A stretch of 56,863 bases of DNA from Chiloscyllium plagiosum. Lineage: Eukaryota. The position numbers and the translations under genes are program-made. Position 1 is the first letter of the stretch. Each line of letters begins with the position of its first letter. A model generated the notes under the pieces. It ran no database searches. It was not told the DNA's origin and saw only the letters and a list, made by a program, of their open reading frames with translations. Positions 1 to 11,904 of this stretch are shown in pieces. The stretch spans positions 1,607,032 through 1,663,894 of the forward strand of contig NC_057750.1 in the NCBI RefSeq assembly GCF_004010195.1, given 5' to 3'.

Positions 1-170
1 CTATCCACAAAAGACTCCTGCAGTAGCTGCCTACCTCTCTTACCCTTCCTGGAGTTAATCCATCTATGTGACTGTACCTGAGACTTTTCCCCTCTTCCTA
101 TCACTGCCATCCATCGCACACTGTTGCTGTTGCAAATTCCTCATCGCTTCTATCTGTCTCTCCAACCGAT
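1..170 (-). mobile_element. CR1-type LINE ORF1 fragment
   Basis: Minus strand reads DRLERQIEAMRNLQ...WINSRKGKRGRQLLQESFVD, resembling the ORF1 segment at 54171 (GKGTRQTVQRSPVDIP). Confidence 0.6.
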
Positions 171-399
171 GTGCAGCTTTGTACAATTGATAATGATGGA
201 TGGAGGCATTTGGCGTATTTAACTCTGACACTGGCCGTAAATTCTCAATGTGTTGGACAAGAGCCAGTGAGGGACGGCCCAGTTAAATGAGTCAAAAAAA
301 ATCATTTCGAATCACACGCTCATTTCACAAGGAAAGCGAGCATTTCCTGAAATATCCATTCACCTCCTAACCAACTCACTTTGAGCATGACACACTGGG

Positions 400-1110
400 A
401 GTTAAAGGATATGGGGTTTCTTCAATCATCTGGCATCAGATTGGGAATCAGTCCACGGGATCTCTTCGATCCAAAGTAATCTGCAGGTGGCGTTTGCCAA
501 GGCACTGTAATTGGATCAGAGCAGGACTGAATCAATGGGCTGACGAACTTCAATCTGGTTAAATGCAAGATATTACATTTCAGTAAAACAACCAAGGCTA
601 GGGCCAATACAATTAATGTGAGGGCCCTGGGGGGTCTTGCAGAACAGAGGGGTGCAGTGGCGCAGGTAAATAATTCTTTGAGGTTTTTGTCAAATATACA
701 AAGTTAAAAATCACACATCGCCAGGTTATAGTCCAACAGCTTTATTTGGAAGCTCTAGCTTTCGGAGCACTGCTCCTTCATCAGGTGGTTGTGAGCATCG
801 CTCCAAAAGCTAGTACTTCTGAAAAAACCTGTTGCACTATAACCTGGCGTTGTGTGACTTTTAAATTTATACACCCCAGTCCAACACCGGCGTCTCCAAA
901 TCTTGTCAAATGTAGGCAGGGTGGTTTAAAAACATTTGGCATGTGTGTTGGAGTTGGGACGTCATGTTGAGGTACAGTACATTGGTGAGGCCTCTTCTGG
1001 AATACTGTGTCCAGGTCCGCTCACCCTGTCACAGGATGGATTTTATTAAACGGGAGAGGGTTCCGAAGGGAATAACCAGGATGTTGCTGGGAATGGAACG
1101 TTTGAGTCCA
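400..1110 (+). mobile_element. Decayed CR1 ORF2 3' fragment interrupted by a Penelope-like insertion
   Basis: YSTLVRPLLEYCVQ...RMLLGME peptide typical of the CR1 ORF2 C-terminal region. Confidence 0.75.
699..902. mobile_element. Fold-back Penelope-like short element (family B) with hammerhead core on the minus strand
   Basis: Inverted arms (ccaggttatagtccaacag / ctgttgcactataacctgg); TSD TTGTCAAAT[A/G]TA at 687-698 and 903-914; minus strand 784-756 reads CTGATGA-A-GGAGC-AGT-GCTCC-GAAA-GCTA. Confidence 0.75.
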
Positions 1111-1374
1111 TTCAATACCATCATGAAACATTAACTCTGATTTCTCTCCATAGATGCTGCTGGACCTGCGGAGATTTTCCAGCAATTTCTGTTTTAGATA
1201 CCTCTCATTACCCAGTGTAACCAGGGCCAACTGTCACATTGCAGCCCTGATGTCTGGCTCTTGTATAAATTCAAGGCCTTGCAATATCCACTACACTTCA
1301 TCTTTTAGCCACTGGGGGTGCTGAATTCCCTAACATCCAGAATGAATGTGACCTTTCACTTGAGCCCATCTCTT

Positions 1375-1550
1375 AGAATCCCTACAGTGCAGAAGCAGGC
1401 CATTCAGCCCATCAAGTCCACACCAACCCTCTGAAAACCATCTCACTCGGCCCATCCCTGTATTTCACATGGTTAATGCACTTAATCTACACATCCCGTA
1501 ACACTGCGGGTAATTTAGCATGGATAATCTACTGAACCTGCACATCTTTG
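1375..1550 (-). mobile_element. HE1-like SINE 3' part
   Basis: Reverse complement of aaagatgtgcagg...ctaaatt...gggctgaatggcctg...cactgtagggattcta tail. Confidence 0.7.
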
Positions 1551-1577
1551 CCCATCTCTTTTGAATGAATACCTCTC

Positions 1578-1805
1578 ACAGAGATTGTAAGAGGGTCAGC
1601 TGAATGGCTGTTATAGAATCGGAGTTCCCTGATTGGGGGCGTTTTAACCTGGTCCAGTCAGGGAGCCCCGGCTGACAGAAATAAACAGGACGGTCAGAGG
1701 TTCTGTTCACTCTGAGAGCTGGCTCTGAGGGAGTGTCAAGTACTATACACGTGTAAGTAAAGGGAGATTCGGTGATGGGATAAGAGCATCTGTGCAGTTA
1801 TTTCA
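1578..1805 (+). mobile_element. Solo-LTR-like repeat
   Basis: Homologous (reverse complement) to 35352-35609; ends ...gttatttCA; has a CCAAT-like box and a motif aligned to that copy's TATA box. Confidence 0.5.
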
Positions 1806-2077
1806 TCTTTGCCTTCGTAAACTACCATTGGGATGTCAGCCGGATGAGCTCAGCCGTTTGTGATAATTGTAGCAGTGCATGGAGATGGGGCTGGCTTTCA
1901 GAAATCCAGGTCTGTATCTGCATGAATCTCATCAATTACATCACAGTCAGCAGCATTGGCTGGTCTTTCAATCAACTTTTCGGTGCTCTCAATTAAAAAT
2001 TGAACAAGCCGGCAAATGGAAATTTAATGAAACTCTGATTGTGGGAGAACTCTCAATTAAAGAGGCACTGGAGACAG

Positions 2078-4688
2078 GAGAGAGTACATTACCGTGTCCC
2101 TGAGAGAGTACATTACCGTGCCCCTGAGAGAGGATATTACCGTGTCCCTGAGAGAGGCCATTACCGTGACCCTGAGAGAGGATATTACCGTGTCCCTGAG
2201 AGAGTACATTACCGTGTCCCTGAGAGAGGCCATTACGATGCCCCTGAGAGAGGACATTACCGTGTCCCTGAGAGAGAACATTACTGTGTCCCTGAGAGAG
2301 GACATCACCGTGTCCCTGAGAGAGTACATTACTGTGTCCCTGAGAGAGGACATTACTGTATCCCTGAGAGAGGACATTACCATGTCCCTGAGAGAGGACA
2401 TTACTGTGTCCCTGAGAGAGGACATCACCGTGTCCCTGAGAGAGGACATTACTGTGTCCCTGAGAGAGGACATCACCGTGTCCCTGAGAGAGAACCTTAC
2501 TGTGTCCCTGAGAGAGGACCTTACTGTGTCTCTGAGAGATGACATTACTGTGTCCCTGAGAGAGGACCTTACTGTGTCCCTGAGAGAGGACCTTACTGTG
2601 TCTCTGAGAGAAGACATTACTGTGTCCCTGAGAGAGGACATTACCGTGTCCCTGAAAGAGGACCTTACTGTGTCCCTGAGAGAGGACCTTACTGTGTCCC
2701 TGAGAGAGGACCTTACTGTGTCCCTGAGAGAGGACCTTACTGTGTCCCTGAGAGAGGACCTTACTGTGTCTCTGAGAGAAGACATTACTGTGTCCCTGAG
2801 AGAGGACATTACCGTGTCCCTGAGAGAGGACATTACCATGTCCCTGAAAGAGGACCTTACTGTGTCCCTGAGAGAGGACCTTACTGTGTCCCTGAGAGAG
2901 GACATTACTGTGTCTCTGAGAGAGGACGAACAACACCGTGTCCCTGAGAGAGGACATTACCGTGTCCCTGAGAGAGAACCTTACTGTGTCCCTGAGAGAG
3001 GACCTTACTGTGTCTCTGAGAGAAGACATTACTGTGTCCCTGAAAGGGGACATTACTGTGTCTCTGAGAGAGGACGAACAACACCGTGTCCCTGAGAGAG
3101 TACATTACCGTGTCCCTGAGAGAGGACCTTACTGTGTCCCTGAGAGAGGACCTTACTGTGTCCCTGAGAGAAGACATTACTATGTCCCTGAAAGGGGACA
3201 TTATCATGTCCCTGAGAGAGGATCTTACTGTGTCTCTGAGAGAAGACATTACTGTGTCCCTGAGAGAGGACATTACTGTGTCCATGAGAGAGGACCTTAC
3301 TGAGTCCATGAGAAAGGACATCACCGTGTCCCTGAGAGAGAACCTTCCTGTGTCCCTGAGAGCGGACCTTACTGTGTCCCTGAGAGAAGACATTACTATG
3401 TCCCTGAAAGGGGACATTATCATGTCCCTGAGAGAGGACCTTACTGAGTCCATGAGAAAGGACATTACTGTGTCCATGAGACAGGACATTACTGTGTCCC
3501 TGAGAGAGGACCTTACTGTGTCCATGAGAAAGGACATCACCGTGTCCCTGAGAGAGAACAACAGGGACCTTACTGTGTCCCTGAGAGAAGACATTACTAT
3601 GTCCCTGAAAGGGGACATTATCATGTCCCTGAGAGAGGACCTTCCTGTGTCCCTGAGAGCGGACCTTACTGTGTCCCTGAGAGAAGACATTACTATGTCC
3701 CTGAAAGGGGACATTATCATGTCCCTGAGAGAGGACCTTACTGAGTCCATGAGAAAGGACATTACTGTGTCCATGAGACAGGACATTACTGTGTCCCTGA
3801 GAGCCCACGCAGACACGGGGAGAATGTGCAAACTCCACACAGTCAGTCGCCTGAGGCGGGAATTGAACCCGGGTCTCTGGTGCTGTGAGGCAGCAGTGCT
3901 AACCACTGTGCCACCGTGCCGCCCACATTATCGTGTCCCTGAGAGATTACCTTACTGTGTCTCTGAGAGAAGACATTACTGTGTCCCTGAGAGAGGACAT
4001 TACTGTGTCCCTGAGAGAGAACAGCACCGTGTCTCTGAGAGAGGACATTACCGTGTCCCTGAGAGAGTACCTTACTGTGTCCCTGAGAGGGGGCATTATC
4101 GTGTCCCTGAGAGAGGACCTTACTGTGTCTCTGAGAGAAGACATTACTGTGTCCCTAAGAGAGGACATTACCGTGTCCCTGAGAGAGGACATTACCATGA
4201 CCCTGAGAGAGGCCATTACAGTGTCCCTGAGAGAGTACATTACCGTGTCCCTGAGAGAGGACATTACCGTGTCTCTGAGAGAGAACATTAACGTGTCCCT
4301 GAGACAGGACATTACCGTGTCCCTCAGAGAGGACTTTACTGTGTCTCTGAGAGAGGACATTACCGTGTCCCTCAGAGAGGACCTCACTGTGTCCCTGAGA
4401 GAGTACATTACTGTGTCCCTGAGAGTGGACATTACCGTGTCCCTGAGAGAGAACATTACCGTGTCCCTGAGAGAGTACATTACCGTGTCCCTGAGAGAGG
4501 ACATTACCGTGTCCCTGAGAGAGAACATTACCGTGTCCCTGAGAGAGAACATTACCGTGTCCCTGAGAGAGGACATTACTGTGTCCCTGAGAGAGAACAT
4601 TACCGTGTCCCTGAGACAGGACATTACCGTGTCCCTCAGAGAGGACCTTACTGTGTCCATGAGAGAGGACATTATCATGTCCCTGAGA
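2078..4688. repeat. 24-bp minisatellite (CATTACTGTGTCCCTGAGAGAGGA)n, about 100 copies
   Basis: Directly visible; gives 8-aa periodic ORFs (ITVSLRED). Confidence 0.97.
3804..3924 (-). mobile_element. HE1 SINE 5' (tRNA-derived) head embedded in the minisatellite
   Basis: Reverse complement of gggcggcacggtggcacagtggttagcactgctgcctcacag...ggttcaattcc, containing Pol III A/B-box-like motifs. Confidence 0.9.
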
Positions 4689-5078
4689 GCTGGGCCTGAC
4701 TCAGGATGAATGATGACACCTGTCAGATTGGAGATAAAATGCTTCATCTCCACAAGGTGCTTTAATGAAGGTTATAATATGGACAAATGATTGGCTTAGA
4801 ACATTGGAGTCACCTGACACATTGCGAAGTTCAGAATGTCCCTGACCTGAAAATCAATCTGCAACATGGTGCGATCACAGACGGCACAATCCAGGTATAG
4901 GATTCATCCCCAGGTATAGGTATCACTGGCTAGGGGCTGTTTTACTACGGAGGGATTAGTGGAGGGGGTGGGGAGGCCATGTCAACTGGGTGACTTGCTC
5001 AGCCATTTCTGAGGTCACTCTGGAAGCTGGCAATCACATGACAGCTCAGGAGCTGCTCCCACTGACGGTACCCTTTCA

Positions 5079-5849
5079 CAGAACATGGAACATAGAACAT
5101 AGAACACAGAACATCGAACACAGAAGATCAAACATAGAACACACAACACAGAACACCAAACACAGAACACCAAACATAGAACATGGAACACGGAACGTAG
5201 AACACAGAACATAGAACATGGAACATAGAACATAGAAAACTGAACATAGAACGTAGAACGTAGAACACAGAACACAGAACACAGAACATGGAACATAGAA
5301 CATGAAACACAGAACATAGAATGTAGAACACAGAACATAGAACACGGAACATAGAACACAGAACACCAAACACAGAACATAGAACATGGAGCATAGAACA
5401 TGGAATATAGAACATGAAACATATAAAATAGAACATAGAATGTAGAACACAGAACATAGAACACGGAACATAGAACACAGAACACCAAACACAGAACATA
5501 GAACATGGAGCATAGAACATGGAATATAGAACATGAAACATATAAAATAGAACATAGAATGTAGAACACAGAACATAGAACACGGAACATAGAACACAGA
5601 ACACCAAACACAGAACATAGAACATGGAGCATAGAACATGGAATATAGAACATGAAACATATAAAATAGAACATAGAATGTAGAACACAGAACATAGAAC
5701 ATAGAGCATAGAACACGGAATATAGAACATGAAACATAGAACATAGAATGTAGAACACAGAACATAGAACATGGAACATAGAACACAGAATATAGAACTC
5801 AGAACACAAAACACAAAACATAGAATACAGAACATAAAACATGGAACAT
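5079..5849. repeat. (AGAACAT)n heptamer array with a 119-bp higher-order unit
   Basis: Visible; identical blocks start at 5341, 5460 and 5579. Confidence 0.95.
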
Positions 5850-6110
5850 GGGACTGGCCCTTTAGCCCACCATGCTGTGCTGAACCTGACACCAAATTAA
5901 ACTAATCCCTTCTGCCTGCCCCGGTCCATATCCCTCCATTCCTCACATACCCATGTGTTTATCTAAAAGCCCCTTAAACACCCCAATTGCATCTGCCTCC
6001 ACCACTATCCCTGACAGTGAGTTCCAGGCTCCTACCACTCTCTGTGGAAAAAACGTCTCCCTCAAATCTCCTTTTGAACTTTCTCCCTCGCACCTTAAAT
6101 GCCTGGGGTC
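5850..6110 (-). mobile_element. CR1/HER1 LINE 3' end
   Basis: Reverse complement of ttttccacagagagtggtaggagcctggaactcactg...ggaatatggacc...gggctaaagggcc, ending in the (ATGTTCT)n tail. Confidence 0.85.
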
Positions 6111-6624
6111 TATTATTAGATTAGCTTCTTGTTCCAGATTTATTGAACTTAAATTCCTCTCGCTGCTTTGGTATGATTTGAAACTGCCAGAACAAGATCC
6201 CAGATCACTGAGCTGCTAGGTCAGTAACTTAGAATGGAATCATTAAATCCCTACAGTGTGGAAACGGGCCATTTGGCCCAACAAGTCCATACCATCCTTC
6301 CAAAGAGTATCCCACCCAGACCATGATCCTCTTCCTTACCCACGGATGTTGCTTCAAAAACTCAAAACCAAACCTGAAACCCTCCCCCTTTTTTGGACTT
6401 AACCAATGATAAGGAGCCACAGTCCACAAAGGACTATAGACATCTCTCTCTCTCTCTCCCTCCATTAGAGAGTGATAATTGGTTGTGTGTCACATGAGGG
6501 TAAACATTTCACAAGTGTGGGCATGGGGAAAAGGCAGGGCCTGCATGAATTACCATGTGCAGTGCTGGAATTAATTGCATGGTCTCGTCACTGAGCTGAC
6601 TGAGCAAACAGACAGAGTCAAAAC

Positions 6625-6825
6625 GTGAGCTGCTGGAAAAGCACAGCTGGTCAGGCAGCATCCGAGGAGCAGGAGAGTCAACCTTTCGAGCAGGAATTCC
6701 TGATGAAGAGCTTATTCTCGAAGCGTCGATTCTCCTGCTCCTCGGATGCTGCCTGACCTGCTGTGCTTTTCCAGCAATGTATTCTCAACTCTGATCTCCA
6801 GGATCTGCAATCCTCGCTTTCTCCT
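6625..6825. mobile_element. Fold-back Penelope-like short element (family A)
   Basis: Inverted arms ctggaaaagcacagc...gagcaggaga / tctcctgctc...gcttttccag around CTGATGA-A-GAG...CTC-GAAG-CGTC (6700-6727; GAAA mutated). Confidence 0.8.
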
Positions 6826-7067
6826 GAGCCAACAGGCACAAGGGAAACGTGTCCTTCCTTCAGGACATTGTCCCTTTCTATTTCCCGAAATGTTCCTCTC
6901 TCCCGAAACTGCAGCAATGGCACCCTCATCCCTCGGGAACCGAATTCTTTGACAACCATCTGTGACAGCCCTGACTCAATTAAACCTGCCGAGGGAGAGC
7001 ATCAATCCTCGAACTTACCTGATCTCTGTATCGAAACGTCTCGCATCCTTCTCTCAGTGTCTCACTG

Positions 7068-7400
7068 GGTGGATAGAGACAAGCTTATTCCCAGGGTGAA
7101 GGATTCAATAATGAGAGGTCACACTTTCAAGGTGAGAGGTGGAAAGTTTAAGGGGGATATACGCGGTAAGTACTTCACACAGAGGGTGGTGGGCATTTGG
7201 AACGCGTTGCCAGCAGAGGTGGTAGAGGCAGGCACGGTAGATTCATTTAAGATGTGTCTGGACAGATGCATGAGTAGGTGGGGAGCAGAGGGATACAGAT
7301 GCTTAGGAATTGGGCGAAGGTTTAGACAGTGGATTTAGATCGGCTCAGGCTAGGAGGGCCGAAGGGCCTGTTCCTAGGCTGTAAACTTTCTTTCTTTCTT
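7068..7400 (+). mobile_element. CR1/HER1 LINE 3' end
   Basis: RGHTFKVRGGKFKGDIRGKYFTQRVVGIWNALP, the CR1 ORF2 C-terminus, followed by the gggccgaagggcctgt tail. Confidence 0.9.
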
Positions 7401-8097
7401 TGTTCCTGATCACTTCCCCCCCCCCCACCCCCACGATCACTCCCCCAATCTCTCCTACCTGGTCTGTCTACCCTGATCTCTCCCTCAATGTCTCCCCCCT
7501 GAAATCTCCCCCNNNNNNNNNNNNNNNNNNNNNNNNNNNNNNNNNNNNNNNNNNNNNNNNNNNNNNNNNNNNNNNNNNNNNNNNNNNNNNNNNNNNNNNN
7601 NNNNNNNNNNNNNNNNNNNNNNNNNNNNNNNNNNNNNNNNNNNNNNNNNNNNNNNNNNNNNNNNNNNNNNNNNNNNNNNNNNNNNNNNNNNNNNNNNNNN
7701 NNNNNNNNNNNNNNNNNNNNNNNNNNNNNNNNNNNNNNNNNNNNNNNNNNNNNNNNNNNNNNNNNNNNNNNNNNNNNNNNNNNNNNNNNNNNNNNNNNNN
7801 NNNNNNNNNNNNNNNNNNNNNNNNNNNNNNNNNNNNNNNNNNNNNNNNNNNNNNNNNNNNNNNNNNNNNNNNNNNNNNNNNNNNNNNNNNNGATCTCTAC
7901 CCCCTGATCTCTCCCCCCAATCTCTCCCCCCGTGATCTTGCTTCACTGCTTCATCACAGTAAGAGGTTTCCAGACTGGGAGGAGAATGGAAATGACCAAG
8001 AACAGCCATCTCCAATCCTGTCTCTCCCTTCCCTTATACCGCCCACCATTTCCAGTTCGGCCATTGCTGTCACTGGCCTGAGCTTAAACAAGTGATG

Positions 8098-8800
8098 GAT
8101 CAGGGTCAGGATCAGGGTTAGGTTCAAGGTCAGGGTCAGGGTCATGATCAGTGTTAAGGTGAGGGTCAGAGTCAGTGTTAGGGTTAGGGTTAGCATTAGG
8201 GTCAGGCGTAGGATTGGGGTTAAGGTTAGAATTAGGGTTAGAGTCAGGGTGAGGGTCAGAGTTAGGGTTAGGGTTAGCATTAGGGTCAGGGCCAGGTTCA
8301 GGTTTAGGATTAGGGTCAACATTGGGGTCAGGGTTAAGTTTAGGGTTAGGGATAAGGTTAGGGTTAGGGTTAGGTTTAGTGTTAAGATTAGCGTTGGTGT
8401 TGGGGTTAAGGTTAAGCTTAAGGTTGGGGTTAGGGTTAGGGTTAGGCTTAGGTTTAGGATTGGGGTTAGGGTTAGGGTTAAGATTAGGGTTGGGGTTAAG
8501 ATTAGGTTTAGTGTAAGATTTAGGGTCGGGGTTAGGATTAGGGTTGGGATTAAGTTTCTTGTTAGAGTTGGAGTTAACGTTAAGGTTAGCATTACAGTTT
8601 GGGTAGAAAGTTGAGTAGCTTTTTATTGGTCATTTCTACCATACACAACTGGTAGGGTTAGGGTTAGGGTTAAGGTTTGAGTTAGGTTTGGGGTTAGGGA
8701 TACGGTTAGGCTTACGTTTAGGCTTAGGGTTAGAATTATGGGTGAGGGCAGGATTAGGGTTAGGGTTTGGTTTAGGGTTAGGGTTAGGGTTTGGATTAGG
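8098..8800 (+). repeat. Degenerate interstitial telomere-like (TTAGGG/TCAGGG)n tract
   Basis: 6-bp periodicity with runs of gggttagggttagg and variant hexamers. Confidence 0.85.
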
Positions 8801-9699
8801 ATGGAGCAGTAATTGATTCAGTCAGCTGGCAAAACTGGCAATGTGCTCAGTGTGGAGCTCAGTGGATGTTTGAGTGCAGAGTGTAAGGGGGTAGAGTGAA
8901 TGGAGAGACACTATTCCCTTTAGTCAGAGAACCAGACCATTCAGGGGTGATATCAGGAACCTGTTCTGCACATAGTGGGAGGGTTGGAATTGTTATATAA
9001 TCCAGTTAGTAGCTGGTTAATTGACATCACCAGATAACTCCAACTCTCAGGATATAAAAGCCTGGTTCTGAGAGGAGATAACTGATGTTCGAGTTCAGTT
9101 ATAGTTAAGTGCCAAGCCCATGTACACAATGATGCGTATTTAATCTTACATATAGCCCGAGGTCTCACAGAGACTGTCATTAATCTCAAGTATAATGTGA
9201 CTAGCTGCTAAATGGTATAATGAATTTATCATGTTTACAAAGACTAAACACTATTTTTGCAGAAGACTCCATGTAGGACTACATCTTGCATCACCGGGTC
9301 CCAGTAATTTAGATTAATTGGTGACAGGGAACTACCCAGATATCTCAGCTGGTTCCAGTCGATATGACAACAGCACGTACCACGCTGATAGTATTCACCA
9401 TTTCATCGTATATTCCACATCCAGAACTCCCCACCCAGGAAACATTTCAGGCAGGAGATCAAAGGAAATTTTGAGACAGATTGATTTTGTTTCGATAAAG
9501 GGATTATGGAATAAAGAATCCCAACAAGGAATGGTATGAATCAGCTGTGACAGATGAGGTTCGAGGGGCCGAATGGACTGCTGCTGCTTTCCTATGGTCT
9601 GAGCACTGTATTAACTCGAAATGATATTCAACCTCAATGGATGAGTTCCCGCTCCCCTCTCTGAGCCTGAAAACTAAACCACATCATTTTACAGCTCCC

Positions 9700-10100
9700 A
9701 ATATTCCCTCAGCTCAACTCCCACTCCCGCCCCGGACTCTCCCCCAGGCACCATCCCCACTCTCCCCAGACTCGCCCCCTGAACCATCCCCACTCTCCCT
9801 GGACTCTCCCCCAGGCACCATTCCAACTCTCCCTGGACTGTCCCCATATGCTGCCAGATTCTGTGTAGACTGACCAACAACCTCCCTCCTCCTTGCCCTC
9901 ACCCACCCCCACAACTCCTCCCTACTCCCAACTCCTCATTGTCCATTGGGACTCTCCCCCGATTCTCCCAGTGACCCCACAGATTATCTCTGGATTCCCC
10001 AGGTTGGGCTCCACCAATGGACTCCTCCACGGGTTACCTGAGGCTCTGCATGGATATCCCCACAGGTTCCCAACAGATTCTCCCCAGGCTCCCCATGGAG
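9700..10100. repeat. C-rich imperfect tandem repeat
   Basis: Recurring actctcccccaggcaccatccccactctccc. Confidence 0.6.
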
Positions 10101-10384
10101 ACAAACTGGAGGGGAAGGCTCCCACAAATACCAATCAGATAAACAGCAAGTACGTTGAGCAATGGTTTGAAGATAACATGGTCCGGGATCCTTTAGATAC
10201 TCCAGATGCTGTAAATCAGAAACAAAAATATAAATTGCTGGAAAAGCTCAGCATATCTTGGCAGTGGAGAGAAAGCAGAGTTTTGACTCAACCTGAAATA
10301 TTAACTCTGCTTTCCCTTCACTGCCAGACCTGCTGTGCTTTTCCAGCCATTTCCGTTTTTGTCTCTAGACAGAATTTCTAGACA

Positions 10385-10550
10385 AAGAAAGGCTTTAAAG
10401 GCATCTGGGTGGGTTTGTGAATGGGAAAGGTTTAGAGGGATATGGGCCAAGTGCTGGGAAATGGGACTAGATTAGGTTGGGATATCTGGTTGGCATGGAC
10501 GGGTTGGACCGAAGGGTCTGTTTCTGTGCTGTATATATCTGTGACTCTAT
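10385..10550 (+). mobile_element. CR1/HER1 3' end
   Basis: ggtttagagggatatgggcca...ttggaccgaagggtctgtttctgtgctgtat tail. Confidence 0.8.
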
Positions 10551-11171
10551 GACAAGCTGACTTCAATTACAAACAGAATTCTGAAGTCTGAGCTAAAATG
10601 TAATGTTCTTTGGAACTGGGTTAGTGCCTGATATAAGGCAAAATCTGGAGCATGTGTAATGGAACGTGAGGGCGATATGGTGAAAGGAATATTAGTATCG
10701 CTCTGTAACGCTGTGACACTTGTTATTATTTCAGGACTCATCATTAATTAGTTCGATTTATTAGATTTTAATTAATTAGACAAAACCGCAACATTTTAAT
10801 AACCATTTGCAACAGTTCACGGTAACCACTCTGTAATTTAAATTGGTTAGTTCATTTTTTAATTGTTTCCCATGCACTCTGGGCCATATCAGAATAAACC
10901 TATTGAGTAAGATTTCATTTCCCAGCAATCCTGTCACAGCATCAAGGATAATCAAATTAATTGAAGGGTAGACCACCTCCCCTGACGTTGCTCAGAGGGA
11001 GTGTCGGCTGAGTCTCATGTTCAGGTGACGCCGGGTTTGGTTAGCAAGAGAGTAAAGGAACCAGAATACACAGATATTGTCCACTTCCTGTTCCAAACTC
11101 ACAACATTTCGGATTAATTGTCATTCAATTCTTAATTTAGAACTGACTTTGTCAGTGTAACTCATCACACT

Positions 11172-11490
11172 GGCCGGCACGTGGCACAGTGGTTAGCACT
11201 GCTGCCTCACAGCGCCAGAGACCCGGGTTCAATTCCAGCGTCAGGCGATTCTCTGTGTGGAGTTTGCACACTCTCCCCGTGTCTGCGTGGGTCTCCTCTG
11301 GGTGCTCCGGTTTCTTCCCACAGTCCAAAGATGTGCAGGTTGGGTGAATTGGCCATGCTAAATTGCCCGTAGTGTTAGGTGAAGGGGTAAATGTAGGGGA
11401 ATGGGTCTGGGTGGGTTGCACTTCGGCGGGTCGGTGTGGACTTGTTGGGCTGAAGGGCCTGTTTCCACACTGTAAGTATTCTAAAAAAAA
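11172..11490 (+). mobile_element. HE1 V-SINE, full length
   Basis: tRNA-like head, V-domain (gggtgctccggtttcttcccacagtccaaagatgtgcagg) and HER1-like tail. Confidence 0.92.
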
Positions 11491-11904
11491 ATCTACTCCC
11501 AACTGCATCTCTGTGGTACCTCTGAGTGGACAGGCATTATTCCAGGATTATATGTTAACATTGGCTGTTCGATTTAGGGATTTAAAAAGGGAAAATTGAC
11601 TGAAGGTGTGTGCAGATACGAGACAGGGTCCAAAACTGGTCTGTGGATGGTATTGAGGGAGGGTCATCATTAGTAAGGAAGTGACCTTTCTCCTGGATGC
11701 GACTGAAACTCTTTTTAGTAAATCCTGGCATGTGGGTGTCACTGCTGGGCTGGTATTTATTGCCCCATCCCTAGTTGCCCCTTGAGAAGGTGGGGGTGAG
11801 CTGCCTTCTTGAACCACTACAGTCCATGTACAGCGGGTAGACCATGCAATCTCATGTATTGTTCTTCTCTGGTAGTTGATACAAATGAATGGCTTTCTAT
11901 GGCA

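Noticed and set aside
1989..4753. Many 250-400 aa ORFs on both strands
   Set aside because: Read-through of a stop-poor 24-bp minisatellite; open in most frames
5015..5895. Cys/hydrophobic ORFs in three minus frames
   Set aside because: Translation of the (ATGTTCT)n tail
7400..8614. ORFs spanning the N gap and VR/LT/LG dipeptide ORFs
   Set aside because: Artefacts of Ns and of the hexamer repeat
9328..9450. Possible symmetric phase-1 exon GNYPDISAGSSRYDNSTY...GNIS
   Set aside because: Poor pyrimidine tract and only a weak GC donor; no recognisable homology
11172..11250. tRNA-like sequence (also at the other HE1 heads)
   Set aside because: SINE head continuing into the V-domain, not a tRNA gene
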